A DNA stretch of 27,542 bases from Promethearchaeota archaeon (GTDB taxonomy: Archaea; Asgardarchaeota; Lokiarchaeia; Sigyniarchaeales; SOKP01): contig JAHLWH010000089.1 in the NCBI GenBank assembly GCA_019058015.1, positions 1 through 27,542 on the forward strand. The letters are read 5' to 3'. How positions within the stretch are numbered: position 1 is the stretch's first letter; the number at the start of each line of letters is the position of its first letter. This document shows positions 1 through 7,808 of the stretch, one piece after another. A program made the translations under genes and the position numbers. The notes beneath the pieces were generated by a model. The model ran no database searches. It was not told the origin of the DNA and was given only the letters and a program-made list of their open reading frames with translations.

Positions 1-2
1 AG

Positions 3-392
3 TTATTTAAAAAAATTTTAGTGCTTGGTGGATTACAACCGGGTCAATCTACTACTTCAGTTGCATTAGAAGTCTCAGAGTTTTTAAATGCAGATGAGCT
101 TTTAATTATGACAGATGTTGAAGGCATTTTTAATAAAGATCCAAAGAAATTCCCAGATGCTACAAAGTTTGATGAATTAACAAAAACTGAACTTCAAAAT
201 CTTATTCTCGAATCATCTAGCAATAATCAAGCAGCAGCTGGTGAATATCGCATATTTGATGCTGTATCCTTGCAAATATTAAAAAGAAGTAATTTAAATG
301 TAAGAATTTTTTCGGGGAAGGATTTAACCCAGCTAAAAAACATTTTAGATGGAAATCCATCTGGAATTGGTACGGTTATTAAACCAAGTTAA
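3..392 (+). CDS. pyrH: Uridylate kinase (archaeal type), C-terminal part; 5' end lies outside the window
   Basis: Frame is open from base 3. Motifs GGLQPGQST, TDVEGIFNKDP, AGEYRIFD and terminal GTVI match archaeal UMP kinases. Confidence 0.9.
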   Translation, partial: LFKKILVLGGLQPGQSTTSVALEVSEFLNADELLIMTDVEGIFNKDPKKFPDATKFDELTKTELQNLILESSSNNQAAAGEYRIFDAVSLQILKRSNLNVRIFSGKDLTQLKNILDGNPSGIGTVIKPS

Positions 393-458
393 AATTGAAC
401 AAAACTTTTTAATTGTATTTTATTATTTATCTATAATTATTATTAGGAGTCTAAGTTA

Positions 459-680
459 TTGTCAAGTTGGAAAGAAAAAATACAAAAAAAATACGGTCCC
501 CATGAACATTGTATTGTCTGTGGAAGGGCTATACCAGAAGGTAAGCAATATTGTGGTCAAGGATGTAAGGATTCTGCAATATCTTATGAGAAAAAAAAGA
601 AAAAAAAATCCAAAATTCAGATGTATTTTTTAATTGGTATGATGGTCGTAATCTTCATTGTCATGTTCCTTTTACAATAG
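459..680 (+). CDS. DUF2116-like Zn-ribbon membrane protein (tail-anchored)
   Basis: PHEHCIVCGRAIP...YCGQGC motif, poly-Lys stretch, then one C-terminal hydrophobic helix. Confidence 0.8.
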   Translation: MSSWKEKIQKKYGPHEHCIVCGRAIPEGKQYCGQGCKDSAISYEKKKKKKSKIQMYFLIGMMVVIFIVMFLLQ

Positions 681-712
681 TTCTAAATCAAAAGAAAAGA
701 TTATTTAAAAGA

Positions 713-783
713 GGCAAGATGAGGGATTCTAACCCCCGTAGGCGTACGCCACAGGATATCTTCTTTTTTCGATTGATCTTGAA
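713..783 (-). pseudogene. Degenerate 3' half of a tRNA-Leu(CAA) with a remnant 37/38 intron
   Basis: Minus strand reads TTCAAG | ATCAATCGAAAAAAGAAGAT | A TCCTG, variable arm TGGCGTACGCCTAC, T-arm GGGGG-TTAGAAT-CCCTC, then ATCTTGC C. T-loop has A at C56, discriminator is C, and no 5' half is found upstream on this strand. Confidence 0.7.
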
Positions 784-856
784 TTTAAAACTATGTCAAA
801 CTAATAATTATTCGTAAGAATTTATAATGACAATAAATTATATTATTTAAAAAAGT

Positions 857-913
857 GCAGAGATAACCAAGCCTAGTCAATATAACTCCTATGAATAAGG
901 TGTTATGACTAAG
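857..913 (+). pseudogene. 5' fragment of a tRNA-Leu followed by a BHB-like D-loop intron
   Basis: GCAGAGATAACCAAGCCTAGTCAA matches the first 15 nt of the tRNA at 981 at 14 positions. It is followed by an AGTC/GACT helix, AA|T bulge and ATAAC/GTTAT hairpin. tRNA sequence does not resume after ~913. Confidence 0.6.
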
Positions 914-980
914 TCTGATTAAAGTGATTATAAAATAATTTTTATTTATTGAAATATTATTTTATTTAAAAATTCTTCAA

Positions 981-1145
981 GCAGGGATAACCAAGTTGGT
1001 CAACGGTGCCGGACTCTTTTGGGAAAAAAGCTTTCTCATTAGCTGGACTCAAGATCTAATTAATATGATTTCCGTTGATCTTACTAATTTCAGATGGGAT
1101 ATCCGGTGAGATAGCTCTTCGTGGGTTCGAATCCCACTCCCTGCA
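981..1145 (+). tRNA. trnL: tRNA-Leu(CAA) with two introns (1015-1048 at 32/33; 1054-1100 at 37/38)
   Basis: Acceptor stem GCAGGGA/TCCCTGC with A73, anticodon stem CCGGA/TCCGG, long variable arm, T-arm GTGGG-TTCGAAT-CCCAC. Both inserts fold into bulge-helix-bulge motifs, and the spliced loop is CU-CAA-GA. Confidence 0.88.
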
Positions 1146-1161
1146 TTTAAAAAATAAATAT

Positions 1162-1470
1162 TTATTTAAAGGCTCGGATTTTCCGGTAAAAAAAGATTAG
1201 CTCGTTAACGATTTTATTGTCTAAATTTAATCGAATACTTCTTTTTGGATTTTTTGCATGAGTTTTAATAGGTAATTCATCGACAATATTAGATTCTATG
1301 AGTGAATCAATAACCCGCTTTGAAGATGAAGTAGATATTCTGGCTTCTTTAGCAATTTTAGAGATATACTCCCATTCAACTTCTTTTTTTAAAATATTAT
1401 CGAGAAGAAGTTCAAGGATTTTAATTCGAACCGTATTTCCAAAGATATTTGTAAGAATGAATTTTTTCAA
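1162..1470 (-). CDS. Winged-helix DNA-binding protein (putative transcriptional regulator)
   Basis: IFGNTVRIKILELLL...ISKIAKEARISTSSSKRVIDSLIESNIV is a typical small archaeal wHTH pattern. Confidence 0.75.
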   Translation of the reverse strand: MKKFILTNIFGNTVRIKILELLLDNILKKEVEWEYISKIAKEARISTSSSKRVIDSLIESNIVDELPIKTHAKNPKRSIRLNLDNKIVNELIFFYRKIRAFK

Positions 1471-1501
1471 TTCAGGAAATCCTCGTAATATAATAAAATT
1501 A

Positions 1502-1870
1502 TTAATTTTTTTTTTTCCTTTTGTATTCCTCTAAAATTTGATTCAACAATGTTATAATTGGCTTAATGAGTTCCTTCTCCTTTTCTTTTTCCTTTAAAAA
1601 AAATAATAATATAACTGGTTCTTTTAAATTACTCGCTGCTTTTTCTACAATCATTTTAGATAATAAGCTATGTTCCATTCCAAAAAGTTGATACGAAACA
1701 GATGTTGATTTTAGAACATCATTTAAAGGTGGTGAGCTTAAAGTAATAGAACCTAATCCAAAATTTACTTGATCAGATATAAAAAGAACATAACCTCGAT
1801 ATAATTTTACTAAAGTAAGGTATATGGTGATATTATCTATTTGTACATTCTTTTCAGCAATTATGTTCAT
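1502..1870 (-). CDS. Proteasome assembly chaperone 4 (PAC4/PSMG4)-like protein
   Basis: About 120 aa with N-terminal beta strands, LGSITLSSP, S..LFG...SLLSKMIVEKAASNLKEPVILL and a C-terminal helix, recalling the PAC4 family. Pattern recognition only. Confidence 0.6.
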   Translation of the reverse strand: MNIIAEKNVQIDNITIYLTLVKLYRGYVLFISDQVNFGLGSITLSSPPLNDVLKSTSVSYQLFGMEHSLLSKMIVEKAASNLKEPVILLFFLKEKEKEKELIKPIITLLNQILEEYKRKKKN

Positions 1871-1907
1871 TTTTTTTATTCTCTATTCATTTCGTTTCTA
1901 TTTAAAT

Positions 1908-2729
1908 TTATACTGAAAGATTTGTTTCTCTTACCGCTTCTTCCACCTCGTACCCTTGATGGACGATCAGGGCTAATACTTTTACAACTGCCGTTGGATC
2001 ATCTGCTTGAAAAACGTTCCTACCATAAGCAACACCTGAACCCCCCGCGTCTATTGATGCTTTAGTTATTTCTAAAATCCCCCAAAGTCCTCGCTTTTCA
2101 CCCCCAGCAATAATCACGGGAGCCATACATCCTTTCACAACCTCTTTAAAAGAATCAATATCACCAGTCCAATTTGTTTTTACAATATCTACACCGAGTT
2201 CAGCAGCAACTCTTGCGGCAATTTTAACAACATCAACATCATATTCATCTTTGCCATCTTTTACTATTTTTTCACCTCTAGGATACATCATTGCTAAAAG
2301 TGGCATTCCCCATTCTCTGCATTCTCTTGAGAGAGTCCCCAAAGTTTGAAGCATCTCTGGATCTGTATCTGTTCCCAAATTAATATGAATTGAAACACAA
2401 TCAGCACCCATTTTCATGGCATCTTGAACATTATTGGTCAAAACCTTATAATTCGGATTAGGGCTTAAATTAGTTGACCCTGATAAATGAAGTATTAGAC
2501 CAATATCTTGACCATATTTTCTGTGGGCATATAATGGTATGCCAATATGACCCAAAACAGCATTAGCACCCCCTTCAGCAATTTTATTCACAATTTCTCC
2601 TAAATTACTCTCTAATCCTTTAATAGGTCCCACAGTTAAACCGTGATCTAAGGGTATAATAATTGTTTTTCTGGTATTTCTATCCATGATTCTTTCAAGT
2701 CTAATTGATTTACCAATATAACCAGACAT
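1908..2729 (-). CDS. aroA': 2-amino-3,7-dideoxy-D-threo-hept-6-ulosonate synthase (DhnA-type class I aldolase family)
   Basis: [50 protein letters not shown] (Schiff-base Lys), GRNVFQ. ATG at 2729 preferred over the upstream TTG. Confidence 0.8.
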   Translation of the reverse strand: MSGYIGKSIRLERIMDRNTRKTIIIPLDHGLTVGPIKGLESNLGEIVNKIAEGGANAVLGHIGIPLYAHRKYGQDIGLILHLSGSTNLSPNPNYKVLTNNVQDAMKMGADCVSIHINLGTDTDPEMLQTLGTLSRECREWGMPLLAMMYPRGEKIVKDGKDEYDVDVVKIAARVAAELGVDIVKTNWTGDIDSFKEVVKGCMAPVIIAGGEKRGLWGILEITKASIDAGGSGVAYGRNVFQADDPTAVVKVLALIVHQGYEVEEAVRETNLSV

Positions 2730-2823
2730 TATTAACAACTAAATTTTTTATATAAAATATTTTATTCCAATAATATAAGTATTAATGTTTATTGGTTTTA
2801 ATTAATATTCTATAAAATTAAGA

Positions 2824-3039
2824 TTGTTTTCATTGAAAAAAGAAGAAGATTTTAAAAAGACTCTTTGTTGGAATTGTAAATTAGAAATTATTAATAAGAG
2901 TATTCAGCGATGCCCAGAATGTAACGCAATTTTATATCCAAATTGTTTTATTAAATGGAGCAAGAGTTGGTTATTATTTCTTTTTTTTTTATGTATTGTT
3001 CCAATTTCAATTGCATTAATATTCATTTACTTTTTATAA
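2824..3039 (+). CDS. Small Zn-ribbon protein with C-terminal membrane anchor
   Basis: CWNC...CPEC pair followed by a C-terminal hydrophobic helix; TTG start. Confidence 0.6.
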   Translation: MFSLKKEEDFKKTLCWNCKLEIINKSIQRCPECNAILYPNCFIKWSKSWLLFLFFLCIVPISIALIFIYFL

Positions 3040-3074
3040 AGAAAGAATTAATAGGTATAAAATGTAATCTATTA

Positions 3075-4208
3075 TTACTCCAATTCTTCAAATACAACAT
3101 CGGAAACCCGCCGTCGTCTAACATCAAAATCGTGATCAATATGCGCAGTTAAGCAGTGTCTTTTTTTTCCCTTTCCATGAATATATGAAATGGGAACAAC
3201 AGGTAATTTTGATTCAAGAACTTTTTTCTTTAGAATAGGAAATGCAATTATTTCATTACATCTATCACATTTAACAAGTACAAATTTTATTTCTTTAGTT
3301 TCTCCTTTAGTTATTTTATTTAAGAGTTCGGGAGAAACTTCGGGGGAATCGAGTTTAATTATTTGTTTTGGAGGAGCTATTGGGACTTCTGGAATTTCTA
3401 GATCAATTTTTTCATCTCCAAGAGATTCTAAAGATTTTTCTTTTACTTTTTTTTTTTTCCCCTTTTCATTTTTTTTGGAAGGAGCAATAGATTTAATTAA
3501 AGATTGAAGTTTTGATGATTCTTCTGATTTTTGCTCTGAAGGTAAGATAGGGACAGATGGTTTAAGAAGTTCTTTAATGACCTTTTTTTCTTCATTTTTT
3601 TTTATATGGACTTCTTCCTCTTCATATTCCTTATCTTCTAAATTAATTATTTTTTTTATAACTCCAGGAAATCTCATTGGAAATAAAACGAATATCAAAT
3701 TAACTATAGTTAAAGCTAATAAAATAAAAAAAATGATCCAAAAGGAAAAAACTCCATCATATAATTGTAAAATTCCTATATTGTAAATTAAGATTAATGC
3801 AACAAACATAATTAATATATTTGTAATTGATAATTTACTAAGATTTGCTAAATTTAATAAGTCTCTACGCCATTTCCATGAACTTTCATATGTGCGAAAT
3901 TCTCCTATTTTGGCTCTAATTTTTTTGGATGCAAATACTGATGAAATTTTTCTTTTAAATTTCCAAAGGGTCTTATTTGGTAATCTTTTTAATATTTCAA
4001 TTTTTAACATTTTGTTATTATTATCTTTTTCATTTTTTGGATCTATTGTATCGAAAATCCTAAAATCTAATTCACCAAATTTCTTAATTATCTTTTCTAT
4101 AAGTTCCTTAGCAAAAATTTCATCAAATTTTTCAGCAAATTCACCTTTCCAAAAACCCCCAATTCTATTTTGAGCGTCAAATATAAATATAAAATTATCA
4201 TAAGACAT
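3075..4208 (-). CDS. Hypothetical membrane protein: two TM helices, charged/Pro-rich linker, C-terminal Cys/His domain
   Basis: 377-aa ORF with two hydrophobic helices around aa 128-178 and C-terminal CDRC...YIHG...HCLTAHIDHDFDVR. Confidence 0.75.
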   Translation of the reverse strand: MSYDNFIFIFDAQNRIGGFWKGEFAEKFDEIFAKELIEKIIKKFGELDFRIFDTIDPKNEKDNNNKMLKIEILKRLPNKTLWKFKRKISSVFASKKIRAKIGEFRTYESSWKWRRDLLNLANLSKLSITNILIMFVALILIYNIGILQLYDGVFSFWIIFFILLALTIVNLIFVLFPMRFPGVIKKIINLEDKEYEEEEVHIKKNEEKKVIKELLKPSVPILPSEQKSEESSKLQSLIKSIAPSKKNEKGKKKKVKEKSLESLGDEKIDLEIPEVPIAPPKQIIKLDSPEVSPELLNKITKGETKEIKFVLVKCDRCNEIIAFPILKKKVLESKLPVVPISYIHGKGKKRHCLTAHIDHDFDVRRRRVSDVVFEELE

Positions 4209-4433
4209 TTTTTTAGAAGATATGATTTTATTATCTTGAATTAAATATATCTTTATTTGATTTCACCACTTAATTAGTTTTCATTACTATTTAATTAATT
4301 TAAGAAACATTGAGATTAAAATAATTTTTTATTTTCATAGTTAAAATTTAAAATTAGAATTTGTTAAAAAATAATTTTAGAGGAAAAAAGAAAATATAAG
4401 TATATTCAATTAAAAAATTGTGCTAAATACCAA

Positions 4434-5039
4434 TTATTGACAAATATTGCGTAAATCACTATAAATTTTTCCTAATTCACTCATTATATTTGCATTATTT
4501 TGTTGAAGATAATAACTTAGATATCCCGAAAGCCCATCTTCGGCTTTTATCCAATCAAGAAAGGCCGTAATTTCACTTTTTAGTTGAGGATCAATAGTTG
4601 TTCCTCCAGAAACGGGAGCTACTGGTTGGGAAGTTCCTAATTGGGCATTGTCATCCAAATAGGGGGTTTTTGAACTTAGTCTTGATAAGGTTCGAGCTGT
4701 ATCCATATAAGCACCATTTATATCCGCTTCGGGTTCAACATATGCAATAATCTTATGCTCGTCATCCTTAGCCCCAATAATGTGTCCCTGCCCTTTTATG
4801 TTAGTAGATACCATTCTTTCAAGAGTACATTGTAACATAGAGTATTTTACACCAGAAATCATTATAAACTGAGCATTCATTGAACTCCATGCAGATGAAA
4901 CCTTACTAATATCTGAGCTAATATCCCAATTATCTGTTGAATAAACAATATCTCGAGCTCCTCTTATAACTGCAACGGCAATTATAGATGGATCCCTTTG
5001 CATCAATTCATATATTTTTCCTTCATATTCAATAGACAT
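4434..5039 (-). CDS. Profilin (Lokiarchaeal type) with ~80-aa C-terminal extension
   Basis: AVAVI...IVYSTDNWDI...ISGVKYSMLQCTLERMVSTNIKGQGHII...IIAYVEP parallels the Loki profilin motifs as recalled (QTENWNI, IQGIKY, ERKIGTNITGKGH, TYVNP). ATG at 5039. Confidence 0.8.
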   Translation of the reverse strand: MSIEYEGKIYELMQRDPSIIAVAVIRGARDIVYSTDNWDISSDISKVSSAWSSMNAQFIMISGVKYSMLQCTLERMVSTNIKGQGHIIGAKDDEHKIIAYVEPEADINGAYMDTARTLSRLSSKTPYLDDNAQLGTSQPVAPVSGGTTIDPQLKSEITAFLDWIKAEDGLSGYLSYYLQQNNANIMSELGKIYSDLRNICQ

Positions 5040-5129
5040 AAAAATCAATAATTGTTTTTTTATTTATATTAAAAATAAATTTGTTAAAATATATTAAATT
5101 TTTAATTTTTTAATATAATTATTTTTATA

Positions 5130-5618
5130 TTAACTTGATTTTTTATTGATAATTGTAATCTTACCGAAAGTCGGTTTGTAATGATTTTTATTCTCATTTT
5201 CATTTAAATTTTTAGTTAAATTATAATTGAATATTTCTGAATCCGTCTTAAAATTAAGTTTATTATTATAGAAGCTATGATGAGCTTCATCACTTTTTTT
5301 TAACTGTTTTATGTGATCAACAAGTCGATTTTTTTTATTAAAAATTTTTCCGCAAATTGGGCAACCAAAATTATCTTTTTCTATAAATAAAGAAATTTTT
5401 ACCTTAATATGATTTTTTTTTTTTAAGTTTTCTTTAGTTAAGTGTTTTTTACATTTATGTCGGATTAATCGCCCATATATTGGATATTCAAAAAATACCT
5501 TAGATCCATGAGAACATTCCCAATAGAACACATCATTTTTACATCTAGGACAAACAGTTTTAAAAGCTCTTAATAAACAATGCTTTCCATGAATACGATT
5601 AAAAAAATTTAATGTCAT
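5130..5618 (-). CDS. Zinc-finger protein (Cys/His cluster plus C2H2-like finger)
   Basis: CPRC...ECSHG...HKC and CPICGKIF...L..HIK...H. Confidence 0.65.
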   Translation of the reverse strand: MTLNFFNRIHGKHCLLRAFKTVCPRCKNDVFYWECSHGSKVFFEYPIYGRLIRHKCKKHLTKENLKKKNHIKVKISLFIEKDNFGCPICGKIFNKKNRLVDHIKQLKKSDEAHHSFYNNKLNFKTDSEIFNYNLTKNLNENENKNHYKPTFGKITIINKKSS

Positions 5619-5789
5619 TTAATATTTAAAAACTATAAAAGTTATTTAAATTTTTTGTCGATATTAAATCTTGAAAATCTTTAAAGAAAATTATTAATCT
5701 ACACAATAACAAAACCCAAACATTTAAAAGTGTTAATTTCTTTTTTTTGTAATAATAGGTTGATTTCTTGGTTTGAGGGTTAACTTTTT

Positions 5790-6725
5790 GTGACTACTAA
5801 AGATGAAAACGAGATAAATTTTGAGAAATGCCCGGAATGTGGTAATTTCTCGGTTATTTCAGATTTATCTAGAGGGGAAATCATTTGCAACACTTGTGGA
5901 TTAGTAATTAATCAAAGAATTATTGATTCTGGACCAGATTGGAGAGCGTTTTCATCAGAAGAGAAAGCTAAAAAAATTCGAGTTGGAGCTCCTTCAACAT
6001 TTACACTACACGATAAAGGATTAAGCACAACAATTGATTGGAAAGATAAAGATGCACATGGTAAAAAAATTAGTCCAAAAATGAAAGCAGAAGTTCATAG
6101 ATTAAGAAAATGGCATACTCGATCACGGATACATAAATCAATTGATAGAAATTTGGCAAATGCTATGAATGAGCTAGATAGATATTGTTCTCAATTAAAT
6201 CTACCGAGTACTATTAAAGAATCGGCAGCAATAATATATAGAAAGATGGTATATAAGAATTTAATAAGGGGTCGATCAATTGAAGCTATGTTAGCAGCTT
6301 CCTTATTCACAACTTGTAGATTAAAGGGTTTACCTAAGACTTTGGACGATTTTATCGAATTTTCTTCCATTACAAAAAAAGAGTTGGGGCGTTGCTATAG
6401 ATTAATATTAAAAGAATTAAATATAAGAAATATAAGAGTATCATCACCAATCGACTTTATTCCAAGATTTTGTTCGGATTTGAGTTTATCAGGTAGAACT
6501 CAAAATAAAGCCGCAAAAATCCTACAGTTAGCTCAAAAACATTATATTACTGCAGGAAAAGCACCTACAGGTTTAGCTGCAGCTTCACTTTACATCGCTG
6601 CAATTCAAACTGATGAACGTCGCACCCAAAAAGCGATTGCAGATATTGCTGGAATAACAGAAGCAACCGTAAGAACTCGGTATAAAGAGCTAATATTAAA
6701 ATTAAATTTTAATATAGAACATTAA
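5790..6725 (+). CDS. tfb: Transcription initiation factor IIB (TFB)
   Basis: Zn ribbon CPECG...CNTCG, B-reader IDSGPDWRAF, LHDKGLSTTI, and two cyclin repeats (GRSIEA, GKAPTGLAAA, ITEATVRTRYKEL). Confidence 0.97.
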   Translation: MTTKDENEINFEKCPECGNFSVISDLSRGEIICNTCGLVINQRIIDSGPDWRAFSSEEKAKKIRVGAPSTFTLHDKGLSTTIDWKDKDAHGKKISPKMKAEVHRLRKWHTRSRIHKSIDRNLANAMNELDRYCSQLNLPSTIKESAAIIYRKMVYKNLIRGRSIEAMLAASLFTTCRLKGLPKTLDDFIEFSSITKKELGRCYRLILKELNIRNIRVSSPIDFIPRFCSDLSLSGRTQNKAAKILQLAQKHYITAGKAPTGLAAASLYIAAIQTDERRTQKAIADIAGITEATVRTRYKELILKLNFNIEH

Positions 6726-6740
6726 ATTATCCTAATATTT

Positions 6741-6887
6741 TTAATTAGCCTTGATTCGTTTAATTACCCCTGGTCTTTTTTTATAAAGGATTCTATAACC
6801 ACAGTGAGAACATTTAATACCAGGCAATGCCTTTAATTCATCAGGAGTAACTTCCTTATTGCACCCTTTCCTTGCGCAATAGTACAT
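6741..6887 (-). CDS. rpoP: DNA-directed RNA polymerase subunit P (Rpo12); absent from the ORF track
   Basis: Manual translation gives MYYCARKGCNKEVTPDELKALPGIKCSHCGYRILYKKRPGVIKRIKAN* (48 aa) with the hallmark CxxCGYRILYKxRP. Confidence 0.93.
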   Translation of the reverse strand: MYYCARKGCNKEVTPDELKALPGIKCSHCGYRILYKKRPGVIKRIKAN

Positions 6888-7001
6888 TCGAATTCACGTA
6901 AAGATTTTGATTTTTTTAATATAAGATCTAAATTCAATAATAATTTATAGTTAAAAAATTTTGCTCTATTGGATTTAGAAATAAGAAATTCTATAAATAT
7001 T

Positions 7002-7808
7002 TTAAATATATAATGATTTCCTTTTTTCTTCGGAATTTTTATCCATTAGGTGGAAATTATCCAAATCGCGCTCCAATTTCTCTTTCTTGATTTGTAGATT
7101 TTTAGTTATCTCATCAATTTTTTCTAATGTATATTTTCTTTCAATTGGTAAATTAAAGTTATCTTTTAATAAATTAATTAAGGATATTGATGCCTTTAGA
7201 TCTGTGATTTCGTCATTAATTACAGCAATATTATCGGTTTCTGCTAAAAATACAATTCCATCAATATTAAATCTGGCTTTTACTAATGTGGGAATTAAAC
7301 CATTCGCTCCAACGATAACTCCTTTATTAATCCTTTTACATATTCCGTCCTTGATAAATTGATCAATAAAATCTTTATTTGTTGTACTAAAAAATATCGA
7401 AGGAGATTTTGATGGACTATTAGTTGGAAAAGCTCCGAGAGAAATTATTAATTTTATTCTAAATTTATGCATTAGACTTGCTATAAAATCTGATATTTTA
7501 TAAATTCCCTTGGGATTAAGTGCTTGAGAATCTGCTGTTACTAAGAAAAGATCTCTTATCTTGTTTGGATCCTTCCAAAACATTATTTCTGCCTTAGGTG
7601 CAGACAATAAACTATCATCAACTATTGCTCCAGCTGGATAATCATTAAATATAATTTCTAAATATGGTTTTGCTTTTAGGAGACCAATGATTTGATCGAT
7701 TGCGAATTTGCCTACATCGGCTATACCGGGCATACCAAGGAGACAAATTGGATTATTTATCGAGTCCAGTGAGAGGTTGATATGCTGAATTATTCTAAAA
7801 TCTCTCAT
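7002..7808 (-). CDS. PAC2-family proteasome assembly chaperone (PbaA/PbaB-like)
   Basis: GMPGIADVGKFA, DLFLVTADSQ, IISLGAF, IVGANGLI, LAET, and a C-terminal HbYX motif (L-Y-I). Confidence 0.88.
   Translation of the reverse strand: MRDFRIIQHINLSLDSINNPICLLGMPGIADVGKFAIDQIIGLLKAKPYLEIIFNDYPAGAIVDDSLLSAPKAEIMFWKDPNKIRDLFLVTADSQALNPKGIYKISDFIASLMHKFRIKLIISLGAFPTNSPSKSPSIFFSTTNKDFIDQFIKDGICKRINKGVIVGANGLIPTLVKARFNIDGIVFLAETDNIAVINDEITDLKASISLINLLKDNFNLPIERKYTLEKIDEITKNLQIKKEKLERDLDNFHLMDKNSEEKRKSLYI

Noticed and set aside
349-633. 94-aa ORF overlapping pyrH and the DUF2116 gene
   Set aside because: Alternative-frame overlap with two well-supported genes and no recognisable motif.
1009-1106. Reading the tRNA at 981 as Lys(CTT) with a single long intron
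   Set aside because: The long variable arm and D-loop are Leu-type. The inner BHB helix (TCT/AGA) and the A35-U pair form only with the internal CTCAAG.
1908-2729. Annotation as glycolytic fructose-bisphosphate aldolase
   Set aside because: The N-terminal GKxIRLERI and [15 protein letters not shown] motifs fit the AroA' subfamily better, though aroB' is not in the window.
1298-4173. Plus-strand ORFs 1298-1534, 1841-2065, 2955-3152, 3190-3507, 3577-3786, 3892-4173
   Set aside because: Antisense shadows or overlaps of better-supported genes, with Phe/Ser/Ile-rich composition typical of reverse-complemented Lys/Glu-rich coding sequence.
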